Shown: positions 7,404 through 16,921 of the stretch, one piece after another
How positions within the stretch are numbered: position 1 is the stretch's first letter
Layout of the letters: the number at the start of each line of letters is the position of its first letter
Virus record (IMG/VR): IMGVR_UViG_3300025294_000001
Reading direction: 5' to 3' (one strand)
Length of the DNA stretch: 62,157 nucleotides
Source of the DNA: a virus
Program-made: the position numbers and the translations under genes
Notes under the pieces: model-generated
What the model was told of the DNA's origin: nothing
What the model saw: the letters and a program-made list of their open reading frames with translations, nothing else
The model's database searches: none

Positions 7404-9155
7404 ATGAAGATAAAAGGGCATGTAAAAGGAAAGACCTATGACGAGTGGAAATTCCGCATGGGTGAGATAGATTCGTTCTTATATATCGTAAAAGAGAAAG
7501 CCCTACAAGGCAAAGAAATGTCACGAGACGTACTAGAGAAGGCTATTAAGCTGAAAGAGGAACGGAAACAATGTGAACGTGTTTTACGATGTTGGACATC
7601 TACACTTGAATTTATGTACGAATACTTTTCAGATGATGCGAACCCTGAAAATGAGAACAACTTAATTCCTGAGGGCATTAGCATTTTAGATGCACCAAAA
7701 TTTCACCAAGAATTAACAGACTATCTTGACGACTACATGAGAGATCATGCGAAGAGAATAGCTTGGTCAGTTCCTCGTGGTCACGCTAAATCAACTTATC
7801 TATCAAATATGTATCCACTGTATAACATAGTTTATAACTTACGTAAATTCATAGTTATCTTATCAGAAACTCATGATGGTGCGAAACAGTTCACTGACTT
7901 TGTAAATAACCAGTTAAAGGATAATAAGAAGTTACGTGAGGACTTTGGCGAACTGATGGGTGAAAACAGTCGTGAGAATAAAAAGGATAATGCTGAGAAA
8001 TTCGTCACAAAGAACAATATCATGGTTGCCTCAGGTTCTACACAGAAGCAATTACGTGGTATGCGATTTTTGAACGCTAGACCCGATATGATTATTCTGG
8101 ACGATTTAGAGAGTGAGAAGAATACGAACACACCTGAGTTAAGGCAGAAGAACTTAACGTGGTATACAAAGACGGTTAACCCACTTGGACAGCCTCCACG
8201 GTATGACAAGGAAGGCAACTGTATAGGCGGTACAGCATTTATATACATGGGAACATTAGTTAACCCTAATGGATTGTTACCATATGTAATGAATCGTGCT
8301 GACTTCAAATCTAAACGTTACTCAGCAATTGTTAACGCACCTGAACGTGTAGACCTATGGGAAGAATACGAACGTATTTATCGTGATTTAGATAATGAAG
8401 ATCGTAAGGACGAAGCGGAACAATTCTATTTCACTAATCAATCGGAAATGGATAAAGGAACAGAAGTATTGTGGCACGATAGAATGCCGTATTACAAACT
8501 TATCCAAGAAAAGGTAAACGTTGGAACAAGGGCTTTCAACTCAGAGTATCTTAATATACCTTACTCAGACGAGGACGCTATTTTCAAACAAGATAGTTTC
8601 ACTTGGTATGACGATAAGGACTTATACGATGAACAAGGTCGGATGATTCCGCTTGACTTGTACGGCTTTTGGGATATTGCCATTACAGGTAAAGGAGATT
8701 ACAACGCTATCGTTACACTAGGGCGTGATAGACGGACAGGCATATTCTATGTCATTGATGCATGGGCAGGTAAGGTAAATATGCATGAGGCACTGAGAAT
8801 CTGTGAACAGAAAATACTAGAATATGAACATCATACTTTTGGAGTCGAGACTATACAAGCACAATGGAGTATGTTCCAACAGTTACGTGTAAATCTGTCA
8901 AAGAAGAACTATTTCAAGACACGATTAAAACAGTATAATCCTCGTACTAAGAAAGAGATTCGTATTGAAGCATTAGAACCACTAGTAGAAGCTGGACAGA
9001 TTAGATTCAAAAGACAACATAGATTACTAATTGAAATGCTAGAACTATTTCCACAGCATGAACACGATGACTTACCTGATGCTATTGCATCTTGTGTAGA
9101 GGTCGCTGGTAATCACAGAAAACGTATGTTTACAAATAAACCTAAGGGCTGGTGA
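7404..9155 (+). CDS. terL: terminase large subunit
   Basis: 583 aa, directly upstream of the portal gene. P-loop-like VPRGHAKST, Walker-B-like MIILDDLE, C-terminal acidic nuclease-like HEHDDLPDA. Confidence 0.85.
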   Translation: MKIKGHVKGKTYDEWKFRMGEIDSFLYIVKEKALQGKEMSRDVLEKAIKLKEERKQCERVLRCWTSTLEFMYEYFSDDANPENENNLIPEGISILDAPKFHQELTDYLDDYMRDHAKRIAWSVPRGHAKSTYLSNMYPLYNIVYNLRKFIVILSETHDGAKQFTDFVNNQLKDNKKLREDFGELMGENSRENKKDNAEKFVTKNNIMVASGSTQKQLRGMRFLNARPDMIILDDLESEKNTNTPELRQKNLTWYTKTVNPLGQPPRYDKEGNCIGGTAFIYMGTLVNPNGLLPYVMNRADFKSKRYSAIVNAPERVDLWEEYERIYRDLDNEDRKDEAEQFYFTNQSEMDKGTEVLWHDRMPYYKLIQEKVNVGTRAFNSEYLNIPYSDEDAIFKQDSFTWYDDKDLYDEQGRMIPLDLYGFWDIAITGKGDYNAIVTLGRDRRTGIFYVIDAWAGKVNMHEALRICEQKILEYEHHTFGVETIQAQWSMFQQLRVNLSKKNYFKTRLKQYNPRTKKEIRIEALEPLVEAGQIRFKRQHRLLIEMLELFPQHEHDDLPDAIASCVEVAGNHRKRMFTNKPKGW

Positions 9156-9193
9156 TTATTCACCGCCCTTTTTTAATTTAAGGAGGAAAAGGA

Positions 9194-10729
9194 ATGGACT
9201 TGAAAGACCTATTTGTCAAGGGTGAATACTTCCCACTAACTGACCATGAAAACCGTATTGTTCGATATATCCGAAATGATAAGTTAGCTAAAGGTGACCA
9301 CGCTGACGTATTTAGAAGTACAGCAGAAAAGCATGAGTTCTATATTGGTAGTAACTTTGCTGGATTAATTACACGTAAATCAAGTGACTTCTTATTTGGT
9401 GAAGTTCCAGTGATCTCAAGTGGTAAAGATAATAAATCAAAGGAACAAGAGACACTTGACCGTATTACTCAGTTAAATGCTATGAATCGCTTAAACTATC
9501 AGCAAGCATTAACTTGTTCTATTATGGGAGACGCATTTTACAAGGTTCGTTTTGGACAAGAGTATGCTGGGGCATTCCCTGAATCATATGACCCTAAACG
9601 TATCATTGTTGAGGCTGTAGACCCTAAGAAAGTGTATCCTCAGACTTCACCGTTCGATAAGTCAAAGATTGTTGCCTTTCATATTGCCGAGGCAGTTCAG
9701 GACGGAACTAGTGACGACTGGACGTTGTACGTGGAAAGTCACTATGCAGGAAAGATCGTTTACCGTCAATTTGATTTAGATGTATTCCGCACAGACCGTT
9801 TCGGTAATGTAGAATTATTCAAAATCGGTAACGAATTACCTGAGGGATATGAAGAAGAAAAGACCGGAGTTCCTGTTCCTTTAGTAGTACACATTGCTAA
9901 CTACAATGACGGTATCGACTGGAAAGGTCAAGATGATATTAGCGAACACTTATCATTATTTGACGAGATTAATAACCGCTTATCTCAAATCGGTTCTATT
10001 TTAGACAAACACGCTGACCCACCAATTGCCGTTCCTACTGGACTATTACAGGACGATGGTGAAGGTGGTACTTACTTCCAAGTAGCTATGAATAAAGTAT
10101 TTGAGGTAATGGGTAAAGACGATATTGTACCGCAATATATTTCAAACTCAAACCCACAATTAGACCAGGCATTTAAAGAATTAGAAATGCTATTAGAGTT
10201 CCTGTTAAGTGCTACTGAGATTCCAGCCGTTGCTATTGGTCTGAAAGACTCAGGTACAAGTGGTAACTCAGGTCTTTCTATTAAATGGCGAATGAACTCG
10301 TTACTGGCTAAGATTAACCGTAAACGTCAATTCTTTGAAGACGGTCTTAAACGTGTCTACATGATAGCACAGATGTTAGAACAGTATGCTGACCCTTCTG
10401 TATCAAAACACGAAATCGTAGTTCCTACAATCAAATTTAACGATGGATTACCACAAGATGATACTGAAATTGCAAACCGTATGGCTATTCGTACAAACGG
10501 CACTCAGACATTATCTCAGAAAACAGCGTTAATGATTATGGACGGTTTAAGTGAAGAAGAGGCACAAGCTGAGATTGACCGTATCAATGAAGAGAAGGAA
10601 ACGGCAATGAGTATGGTTGCTGAACCTTCTATCTTCAATGAAGAGGACAATACTGACGTTAGTACTGATACTAATACTAAAACTGATACTGAACCTAAAG
10701 AAGATACTAAGAAGGAGGAAAAAGAATAA
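9194..10729 (+). CDS. portal protein
   Basis: 511-aa ORF immediately after terL, with an acidic T/D/E-rich C-terminal tail. Call rests on position and size. Confidence 0.75.
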   Translation: MDLKDLFVKGEYFPLTDHENRIVRYIRNDKLAKGDHADVFRSTAEKHEFYIGSNFAGLITRKSSDFLFGEVPVISSGKDNKSKEQETLDRITQLNAMNRLNYQQALTCSIMGDAFYKVRFGQEYAGAFPESYDPKRIIVEAVDPKKVYPQTSPFDKSKIVAFHIAEAVQDGTSDDWTLYVESHYAGKIVYRQFDLDVFRTDRFGNVELFKIGNELPEGYEEEKTGVPVPLVVHIANYNDGIDWKGQDDISEHLSLFDEINNRLSQIGSILDKHADPPIAVPTGLLQDDGEGGTYFQVAMNKVFEVMGKDDIVPQYISNSNPQLDQAFKELEMLLEFLLSATEIPAVAIGLKDSGTSGNSGLSIKWRMNSLLAKINRKRQFFEDGLKRVYMIAQMLEQYADPSVSKHEIVVPTIKFNDGLPQDDTEIANRMAIRTNGTQTLSQKTALMIMDGLSEEEAQAEIDRINEEKETAMSMVAEPSIFNEEDNTDVSTDTNTKTDTEPKEDTKKEEKE

Positions 10730-11091
10730 TGGCACTTACAGAATTGCAAAAGAAAGCCGTTTTAATTCAAATTGAACACCCTGAAATTTCTCAGCAAGCA
10801 CTAGCTGAGGAATTAGGGGTACATCGTAATACTATTGGTAACTGGAATCGTAATAAAGAGTACATCGAGTATAAGAATGATTTAGCAATGGACGTTCACA
10901 AATCGTTCCTAGCTGATACTCTTAAAATCTTGCGTACTAAAACGCTAGACCCACATGCACGAGGACATTCACGTTACTTAGAAATGGCTTTAAAAACTTA
11001 TGGTGTACTTACTGAGAAATCAGAACAAACTGTCACTGTTAAAGAAGAGAAGTCAGAGAAAGACTTACTTGCTGAACTAATGGAGGACTAG
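10729..11091 (+). CDS. HTH DNA-binding protein (possibly small-terminase-like)
   Basis: N-terminal HTH: ISQQALAEELGVHRNTIGNWNRN. ATGA-type coupling to the portal gene. Confidence 0.4.
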   Translation: MALTELQKKAVLIQIEHPEISQQALAEELGVHRNTIGNWNRNKEYIEYKNDLAMDVHKSFLADTLKILRTKTLDPHARGHSRYLEMALKTYGVLTEKSEQTVTVKEEKSEKDLLAELMED

Positions 11092-11106
11092 AAAGGTGTG
11101 AGGTAA

Positions 11107-12030
11107 ATGAATGAGTTTGAACAAGTACCTGAAACGTATGAGGCTGATAACCAAGAGTTTGACGCCTTATATGTTATGGCATGGTTAATGGTTATTCAGG
11201 CATTAATGAAACTATTACGTTTGCCTCAGGCTACTACTAGTACACAAATGTTACAAATGGAACGTCAAGTAAATACTGAGGTAAGGGCTATATTTACTAA
11301 CCTTGAACGTAAGGCTGTAAATATGGCTACTACTAAAGTAACTGAGGCTTATATGGAAGGCGTCTCTTATTCTCGTACAGCGAAAGCACAAGAAAGTAAA
11401 TTGATTGAGGTTAAGGGTAAGGACTTAAATGACAGTCATAAGCAAAGGCTAAATAAGATGATTAGTCAAACACAAAGTGATTTATTAAAGGCTACTCATA
11501 ATACTCAAAACAATGTGAAGCAATTAGTTAGAACTGTGGTTTCTAAAGAGATCAGTGGGACAGGGTATGGCGGTAAGATTGGTAAGCAGAAACACATGGC
11601 AGCTAGAATTGAAAAACAATTAAGAAAACAATTTATAGAGGCTGGAATTAAGGACTGTGACGTTGCAATAATTGGTCGTGATAAAAGAAAGTGGAAACTC
11701 AAAACTTATAGTTCGATGGTCACACGCACGAAAATGAATATGGCTTATATTGATGCTATTCGTGAAGAGGCGTTACAAGATGGTTCTGACTTAGCTATCA
11801 TTTCTACTAAACCTGATACGGCTGACGAATGTAAAAACTATGAGGGCATGATTATTTCATTAAATGGCTTAACGGCTGGTTATCTTACTTATGATGAAAT
11901 CAAACAATCAAAGGCTTGCTTCCATCCTAATTGTGGTCACTTTGTAAGACCTGTAGGCGGTATTGATTGGATACCTAAGAATCTACTGAAAATACATGAG
12001 AAACAAATGAGTAAGTATAGGGGCAATTAG
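11107..12030 (+). CDS. head morphogenesis protein (SPP1 gp7 / Mu F-like)
   Basis: Lies after the portal gene. C-terminal CFHPNCGHFVRP resembles the conserved HPNC motif of this family. Confidence 0.65.
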   Translation: MNEFEQVPETYEADNQEFDALYVMAWLMVIQALMKLLRLPQATTSTQMLQMERQVNTEVRAIFTNLERKAVNMATTKVTEAYMEGVSYSRTAKAQESKLIEVKGKDLNDSHKQRLNKMISQTQSDLLKATHNTQNNVKQLVRTVVSKEISGTGYGGKIGKQKHMAARIEKQLRKQFIEAGIKDCDVAIIGRDKRKWKLKTYSSMVTRTKMNMAYIDAIREEALQDGSDLAIISTKPDTADECKNYEGMIISLNGLTAGYLTYDEIKQSKACFHPNCGHFVRPVGGIDWIPKNLLKIHEKQMSKYRGN

Positions 12031-12174
12031 TTTCTAATCGGCTTAAAATTAACATCATTTTACGATATATGAAAAAAGTTTTTATTTTCACCTGTAAAAA
12101 GTGGGTGTTTTAAGAACATGTATATTAGAAAGAACAATAAGGCGGTCACGATAATTCGTGGTCGCTTTTTCTAT

Positions 12175-12250
12175 TGGGGTGTAACTCAGTTGGTAGAGTA
12201 ACTGGCTGTTAACCAGTAAGTCGTAGGTTCAAGTCCTACCATCCCAGCCA
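12175..12250 (+). tRNA. tRNA-Asn(GTT)
   Basis: Hand-folded cloverleaf: acceptor TGGGGTG/CATCCCA, anticodon stem ACTGG/CCAGT, loop CTGTTAA, T-loop TTCAAGT, encoded CCA. Confidence 0.8.
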
Positions 12251-12251
12251 T

Positions 12252-12326
12252 TGGAGAGTAGCTTAACGGTAAAGCGGTGTCTTGATAAGGCAAGGAGTGT
12301 AGGTTCGATTCCTACCTTTCCAACCA
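12252..12326 (+). tRNA. tRNA-Ile(GAT)
   Basis: Cloverleaf with anticodon loop TTGATAA, T arm GTAGG-TTCGATT-CCTAC and encoded CCA. There is a G-A mismatch at the top of the anticodon stem. Confidence 0.7.
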
Positions 12327-12332
12327 ATACAT

Positions 12333-12403
12333 GGGGATATGGTGAAGAGGTATCACGTAACACTGTCTATGTTAAATCAGGGGTTCAATTCCCCTTATCC
12401 TCG
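12333..12403 (+). tRNA. tRNA-Asp(GTC)
   Basis: Cloverleaf with anticodon stem TAACA/TGTTA and loop CTGTCTA. Position 37 is T, which is unusual. No encoded CCA. Confidence 0.65.
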
Positions 12404-12444
12404 TTGTAATAACCTTGTGAGTGCCTTAGGACAAACTCTCATAT

Positions 12445-12539
12445 GGAAAGTTGTCAGAGTGGCTTATTGTGATTGGTTGCTAACCAATTAGGGCGATTAA
12501 TAAAAACCCTCACAGGTTCGAATCCTGTACTTTCCTCCA
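12445..12539 (+). tRNA. tRNA-Ser(GCT), class II
   Basis: Anticodon stem ATTGG/CCAAT, loop TTGCTAA, 23-nt variable arm (stem AGGG/CCCT with a 13-nt loop), T arm ACAGG-TTCGAAT-CCTGT, encoded CCA. Confidence 0.7.
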
Positions 12540-12543
12540 ACTT

Positions 12544-12619
12544 GGGGTATTAGTATAACGGCTTATTATGACTGGCTTCCAACCAGTAGACAAGGGTTCG
12601 ATTCCCTTATGCCCCTCCA
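12544..12619 (+). tRNA. tRNA-Gly(TCC)
   Basis: Anticodon stem ACTGG/CCAGT, loop CTTCCAA, T arm AAGGG-TTCGATT-CCCTT, encoded CCA. The D stem is weak. Confidence 0.7.
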
Positions 12620-12623
12620 ATAT

Positions 12624-12697
12624 AAGTTCTTAGTGTAGTGGTAACACGTCAGATTCCAAACCTGAAATCGTGGGTTCGATTCCTACATAACTTGCCA
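12624..12697 (+). tRNA. tRNA-Trp(CCA)
   Basis: Loop TTCCAAA and encoded CCA. Mismatches in the acceptor stem (C6-U67) and at anticodon-stem pair 31-39 (A-C). Confidence 0.55.
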
Positions 12698-12819
12698 ACT
12701 TAAATTACATGAACCTTACTAGCCTCTTAACAATGCTGACTACGTGAGGTCTTACTACCTATAAAAATACTTCTCGTGGCGTTGCACGGTAAAAACGAAT
12801 GGAAGGGGAAAATTGATCT

Positions 12820-13374
12820 ATGACAGTACCAACAACAGAACCAACAACACCAGTTGCACCGACAACTGAACCGCCTGTAACACCTGAACCGCCAAAGGAA
12901 ACTATGATTCCTAAAACACGCTTTGATGAAGTTAATACAAAGCTAAAAGAAATGGCTGACAAGGTGGCTTCATTCGAGAAACTTCAAGCTGATGCACAAG
13001 CTGAGGCTGAACGTAAAGAACTTGAAGCAAAGAAAGAACAAGGAAAATTTGAAGAACTGTATCTCAATTCTCAAAAGGAATTAGACACATTAAAACAATC
13101 ACAATCTCGTGCTACTGAACTAGAAACAGTTATCAATGGCATGGTTGAAACTAAATTAAAAGCTGTACCTGAGGAAATGAAAGACTTAATCCCAGCTAAC
13201 TTAACTGCTGAGGCTACTTTGGATTGGTTGAACAAAGCTGAATCAAAAGGACTATTCGGTAAAGCGGAAGTTAAAGAAATCGGCAAGCCTTCAAACAAAT
13301 CTACTGAAACGCCAAAAGTAGATAAAGCAAATCTTTCTCCTTTGGACAAGATTCTTGCTGGATTAGGAAAATAG
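12820..13374 (+). CDS. head scaffolding protein
   Basis: Directly upstream of the capsid gene. P/T-rich N-terminus followed by a long A/E/K-rich coiled coil. Confidence 0.65.
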   Translation: MTVPTTEPTTPVAPTTEPPVTPEPPKETMIPKTRFDEVNTKLKEMADKVASFEKLQADAQAEAERKELEAKKEQGKFEELYLNSQKELDTLKQSQSRATELETVINGMVETKLKAVPEEMKDLIPANLTAEATLDWLNKAESKGLFGKAEVKEIGKPSNKSTETPKVDKANLSPLDKILAGLGK

Positions 13375-13426
13375 TAATTTGCCTTAGGGCAAGACAAATA
13401 TCGCATATTATGGAGGGAAATAAATT

Positions 13427-14305
13427 ATGGCATTAACTTTAGTCGATGCACAGGTAATCTCAAAAGATGTATTACAAGCTGGCATCATCGAAACAATTGT
13501 TAAAGAGAGTTCTGTACTAGCTGTACTACCTTTCCAAACAATTGAGGGTAACGCATATTCATACAATGTTGAGAAGGCACTTCCAACAGTAGCATTCCGT
13601 GGAGTTAACGAGGCTTACACTTCTAGCGAAGCACAATTTGAAACTCGTTCTGAGAATCTAGTAATTTTAGGTGGAGACGTAGAATTAGATAGATTCATTA
13701 TTCAGACTCTATCAAATGTTAACGACCAGATGGCTGTTCAAATTATGGAGAAAGCGAAAGCTGTTGCTAACACATTCAGTAAAACATTCTTCAAAGGAAA
13801 TAAAGCTACAAACGTTAAAGAGTTTGACGGCTTAGATGTTCGTATCGCTGGTACTGGACAAGAACTTGATGGTAAAGGTAAGTCTACTGAGGACAAAGAA
13901 GTTCTAGCAATTCTTAACGAATTACTTGACACAGTTCGTGGTGGGGCTGACGCTTTATTCTTAAATAAACGTGTTCGTCGTCGTATCTTAGCTGTATTAC
14001 AAAACTCTAATCACTACATTGAACAAGGTTCTGACGCTTTCGGACGTCCTGTTTCTATGTACGGTGGAGTACCATTGATGGTAGTTGAAAACGAAATCTT
14101 AGGAGACACAGACATCTATGCTGTTAAGTTTGGTGCTTACACGCATGTCGCTGGTTTAACTAATGGTGGAGTTCAAGTACGTCGCTTAGGTGAGACTTCT
14201 GCAAAAGCTGTAGAAATTACTCGTATTGAGTTCTTCTGTGGATTAGCACAATTCAACCCTTACAGTTCTGCTAGACTTAAAAACTTTGGCGTAGCTGGGG
14301 CGTAA
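13427..14305 (+). CDS. major capsid protein
   Basis: 292-aa ORF after the scaffold gene, with a strong SD (GGAGGG) and a strong terminator downstream. Call rests on position and size. Confidence 0.7.
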   Translation: MALTLVDAQVISKDVLQAGIIETIVKESSVLAVLPFQTIEGNAYSYNVEKALPTVAFRGVNEAYTSSEAQFETRSENLVILGGDVELDRFIIQTLSNVNDQMAVQIMEKAKAVANTFSKTFFKGNKATNVKEFDGLDVRIAGTGQELDGKGKSTEDKEVLAILNELLDTVRGGADALFLNKRVRRRILAVLQNSNHYIEQGSDAFGRPVSMYGGVPLMVVENEILGDTDIYAVKFGAYTHVAGLTNGGVQVRRLGETSAKAVEITRIEFFCGLAQFNPYSSARLKNFGVAGA

Positions 14306-14311
14306 TAGAGT

Positions 14312-14344
14312 GAGGTAAGGGTAATCCCCTTGCCTCCTTTTTTT
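14312..14344 (+). terminator. rho-independent terminator or attenuator after the capsid gene
   Basis: 10-bp stem GAGGTAAGGG/CCCTTGCCTC followed by T7. Confidence 0.7.
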
Positions 14345-14367
14345 ATTTATCTAAGGAGGGAAATTAT

Positions 14368-14616
14368 ATGAAAAAAGTAGAAATGCACGTACCTAATAAA
14401 TCATATGACGGATATTACGGTGGAGTTCGCTTCATTAAGGGCGTCGGTGTCTTTGAAGATGTTGAATTTGCTAAAGACCTAGCTAAACGTTATGGATATG
14501 AAATTGTTGAAATTAAGGAAGGTAAAGAAGTAGAGGAAGTTGTTGAGGTAGCTGAGGAAAAACCAGCACCAAAGAAACGTACTCGTAAGAAAGCTGAACC
14601 AAAGGCTGGTGAGTAA
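14368..14616 (+). CDS. hypothetical head-module protein with a basic K/E-rich tail
   Basis: 82-aa ORF with SD AAGGAGGG. Confidence 0.55.
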   Translation: MKKVEMHVPNKSYDGYYGGVRFIKGVGVFEDVEFAKDLAKRYGYEIVEIKEGKEVEEVVEVAEEKPAPKKRTRKKAEPKAGE

Positions 14617-14618
14617 TT

Positions 14619-15005
14619 ATGGAACTATTGGAAGTTCAAACTTTCATAGATAACAATATCTTCTATCGTGAGAAATGGGATGAAGTCCCTGAGGATAAAA
14701 TCAAGCAAGTTATTATTAACAATGCTGAGATTCTATTAAAGCGTGAGTTATCTCACCACTTTAATGATCTTAACCCTGTTCCTGTTGATGTATTAGTAGA
14801 ACAGTGTTTACACATTTTAGAAAGAGACGATTCACATAGACGTGCGGAAATGGGAGTTTCGTACTTTATGGCGAGTGGTCTTTATTTGTCATTTGACAAG
14901 AACTTTAAAGATTGGACTATTGCCCCATCTATTCTTAAAGCCTACCCACGTCGGAAGGCTGGACGTTATGTGTATAGCAGACCTGACACGTTTAGGAGGT
15001 ACTAA
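14619..15005 (+). CDS. head-tail connector/adaptor protein (by position)
   Basis: 128-aa ORF tightly packed after the capsid module. Confidence 0.4.
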   Translation: MELLEVQTFIDNNIFYREKWDEVPEDKIKQVIINNAEILLKRELSHHFNDLNPVPVDVLVEQCLHILERDDSHRRAEMGVSYFMASGLYLSFDKNFKDWTIAPSILKAYPRRKAGRYVYSRPDTFRRY

Positions 15006-15007
15006 TT

Positions 15008-15331
15008 ATGATTCCTTTAAATCAGAAGGTCAAAGTTATTTTTGCAGATTCTTTAAATGATGAGTGGGGAATACCTGTAAAAACCCCCAATTCCGTGACC
15101 TATAAGGTAAGGCTTGATTTCAACGCTGACGCACGGATTATAGAAGGGGCTGACGGTAAGAACATTATCTATTCAGCTACTCTCTATTTTAAAGGTGCTG
15201 TCCCTATCAGCTATAAGGATTTCATAGAGTACAACAGTGGTATCAACGGCATAGTTACAGAGAATCCAAGGGTTATTTTCCCTATTGTAGATTTAGCTGG
15301 AAAGGTCATCTTCACTAAGGTAATTGTGTAA
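15008..15331 (+). CDS. head closure / head-tail joining protein (by position)
   Basis: 107-aa ORF, tightly coupled to its neighbours. Confidence 0.35.
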   Translation: MIPLNQKVKVIFADSLNDEWGIPVKTPNSVTYKVRLDFNADARIIEGADGKNIIYSATLYFKGAVPISYKDFIEYNSGINGIVTENPRVIFPIVDLAGKVIFTKVIV

Positions 15332-15771
15332 TGGCTAGAGTTAAGATCACTGGATTTAATAAGAACATGAAGAAGATTGAGAAGGCTGTTTTTAACGCCT
15401 CCACTAAAACTATGAAAATGGCAATGCAAGACCTAGAACGAGTTGCTAGTGAAACTGCACCATATGAAGAAGGTGACCTTGAAATGGGTGGCTTTCATGA
15501 TGTGGATGTAAACGGCAAGGAGATTACAGGTTGGGTAGGTTTTGAGGCTTGGAACGATGCCCCTAATAGAAGTTACGATTTCAACTACGCTATATGGATT
15601 CATGAAGAAACCTATAACTTAGGTGAAGGTTCGAAACAAAAGGGTGGGGGTAGTGGTATGAGTGGTGCAAGTTATCCTGTCGGTAACAAGTATCTTACTC
15701 GACCACATGAAGGTGAAGCACCTACTTATCGTAACAAGATAGAAGAAGAGGTTAAAAAATCATTAAGGTAA
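15331..15771 (+). CDS. tail-neck component (HK97 gp10-like, by position)
   Basis: 146-aa ORF, TAATG coupling. Confidence 0.35.
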   Translation: MARVKITGFNKNMKKIEKAVFNASTKTMKMAMQDLERVASETAPYEEGDLEMGGFHDVDVNGKEITGWVGFEAWNDAPNRSYDFNYAIWIHEETYNLGEGSKQKGGGSGMSGASYPVGNKYLTRPHEGEAPTYRNKIEEEVKKSLR

Positions 15772-15785
15772 TTGGTGGTGTATTA

Positions 15786-16160
15786 ATGGTATCGCTTATT
15801 GATGTAGTCAGGTTCTTACGAACTGAGTTTCCTAAGCTGAATATCTACCCTTTAGAATACCCTCTTAACGCACCTATCAATTCAAATAGAGTTGATATTC
15901 AAGCGAACGTAGAGGCAAAGGCTGGTATCTATCCTTTAAATGTACAAATCAAAGTTAAGGACGACCACCCTTCTAAGGCTGAGGCTACTAGCTATGAGTT
16001 TAGAAAACTGTTAGAAAATAAAACAAATTTTGTTATTGGCGACGTACAGATTGTGATGGTTAAGTCCCAAAATCCTGTGCCTTTGTTCATAGGTAAGGAC
16101 AATAGCGGAGGCTATCTGTACAGCAATAACTTTAGATTCATGATAAATGAGGGGGCATAA
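15786..16160 (+). CDS. tail completion/terminator protein (by position)
   Basis: 124-aa ORF immediately upstream of the major tail gene. Confidence 0.35.
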   Translation: MVSLIDVVRFLRTEFPKLNIYPLEYPLNAPINSNRVDIQANVEAKAGIYPLNVQIKVKDDHPSKAEATSYEFRKLLENKTNFVIGDVQIVMVKSQNPVPLFIGKDNSGGYLYSNNFRFMINEGA

Positions 16161-16165
16161 CAAAC

Positions 16166-16573
16166 ATGGCAACAGGACAAAAAATTGCTGGTGTTGACAT
16201 TCTCGTAAAAGTCGGTTCACCTGCTATCGCTATCGGTGGACAGTCAGGCTGTACGATTAACCGTTCAATGAACGTAATTGAGACAACAGATAAAACAAGT
16301 AACGGATGGGTTACTAAGATCGGTGGAATTAAAGAATGGTCTACTGAGTTAGATTCATTCATGGTAATTGGAGACGCTGGTTATAAAGCGTTAAGCGACG
16401 CATTTAAGAATCGTACTGAAATTGATGTAGAGGTTGCAATTGGTGGCATTACTTACAAAGGTAAAGCATTACTATCTGACTTCCCTATTGAAGCACCACA
16501 AGACGATGCTGTTACATTCACTATCACTTTAGAAGGTACAGGAGAGTTACTAGAAACAACAGTACCAGCTTAG
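16166..16573 (+). CDS. major tail protein
   Basis: 135-aa ORF directly upstream of the frameshifted chaperone pair and the tape measure gene. Confidence 0.6.
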   Translation: MATGQKIAGVDILVKVGSPAIAIGGQSGCTINRSMNVIETTDKTSNGWVTKIGGIKEWSTELDSFMVIGDAGYKALSDAFKNRTEIDVEVAIGGITYKGKALLSDFPIEAPQDDAVTFTITLEGTGELLETTVPA

Positions 16574-16633
16574 TAGATTAACTAAATTTAGCTTAAACAC
16601 TTAACTTAAAACAATCAAGGAGGAATTTGCACT

Positions 16634-16921
16634 ATGGCAAACACTGAAAGAGGACAAGCAAAAATTACTTTAGATAAGGAACGTACAATTGTATTTACAC
16701 TGAACACTTTAATTGATGTGGAGGACGCATTAGGACATTCACTTGCTGAACTTGGTGACAAAATCACAGTTCGTGCTATGAGAACAATGTTAACTGCTGG
16801 CTTACGTCATGAAGACCCTGAAATTACTGAGACTTTCGTTGGTAGCCTAATCACTATGGACAACATGAGTGAAGTACAGGACGCACTAGGAAAGGCTATG
16901 GGTGGTTCGGTAAAAAACTAG
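16634..16921 (+). CDS. tail assembly chaperone (G-like, short product)
   Basis: 95-aa ORF before the tape measure gene. Ends just after the slippery heptamer. Confidence 0.7.
   Translation: MANTERGQAKITLDKERTIVFTLNTLIDVEDALGHSLAELGDKITVRAMRTMLTAGLRHEDPEITETFVGSLITMDNMSEVQDALGKAMGGSVKN

Noticed and set aside
7436-8308. Reverse-strand ORFs 7436..7684 and 7871..8308 inside the large terminase gene
   Set aside because: They are fully embedded antisense to a gene with clear terminase motifs. They have no SD and low-complexity S/F/L-rich translations, typical of shadow ORFs in AT-rich DNA.
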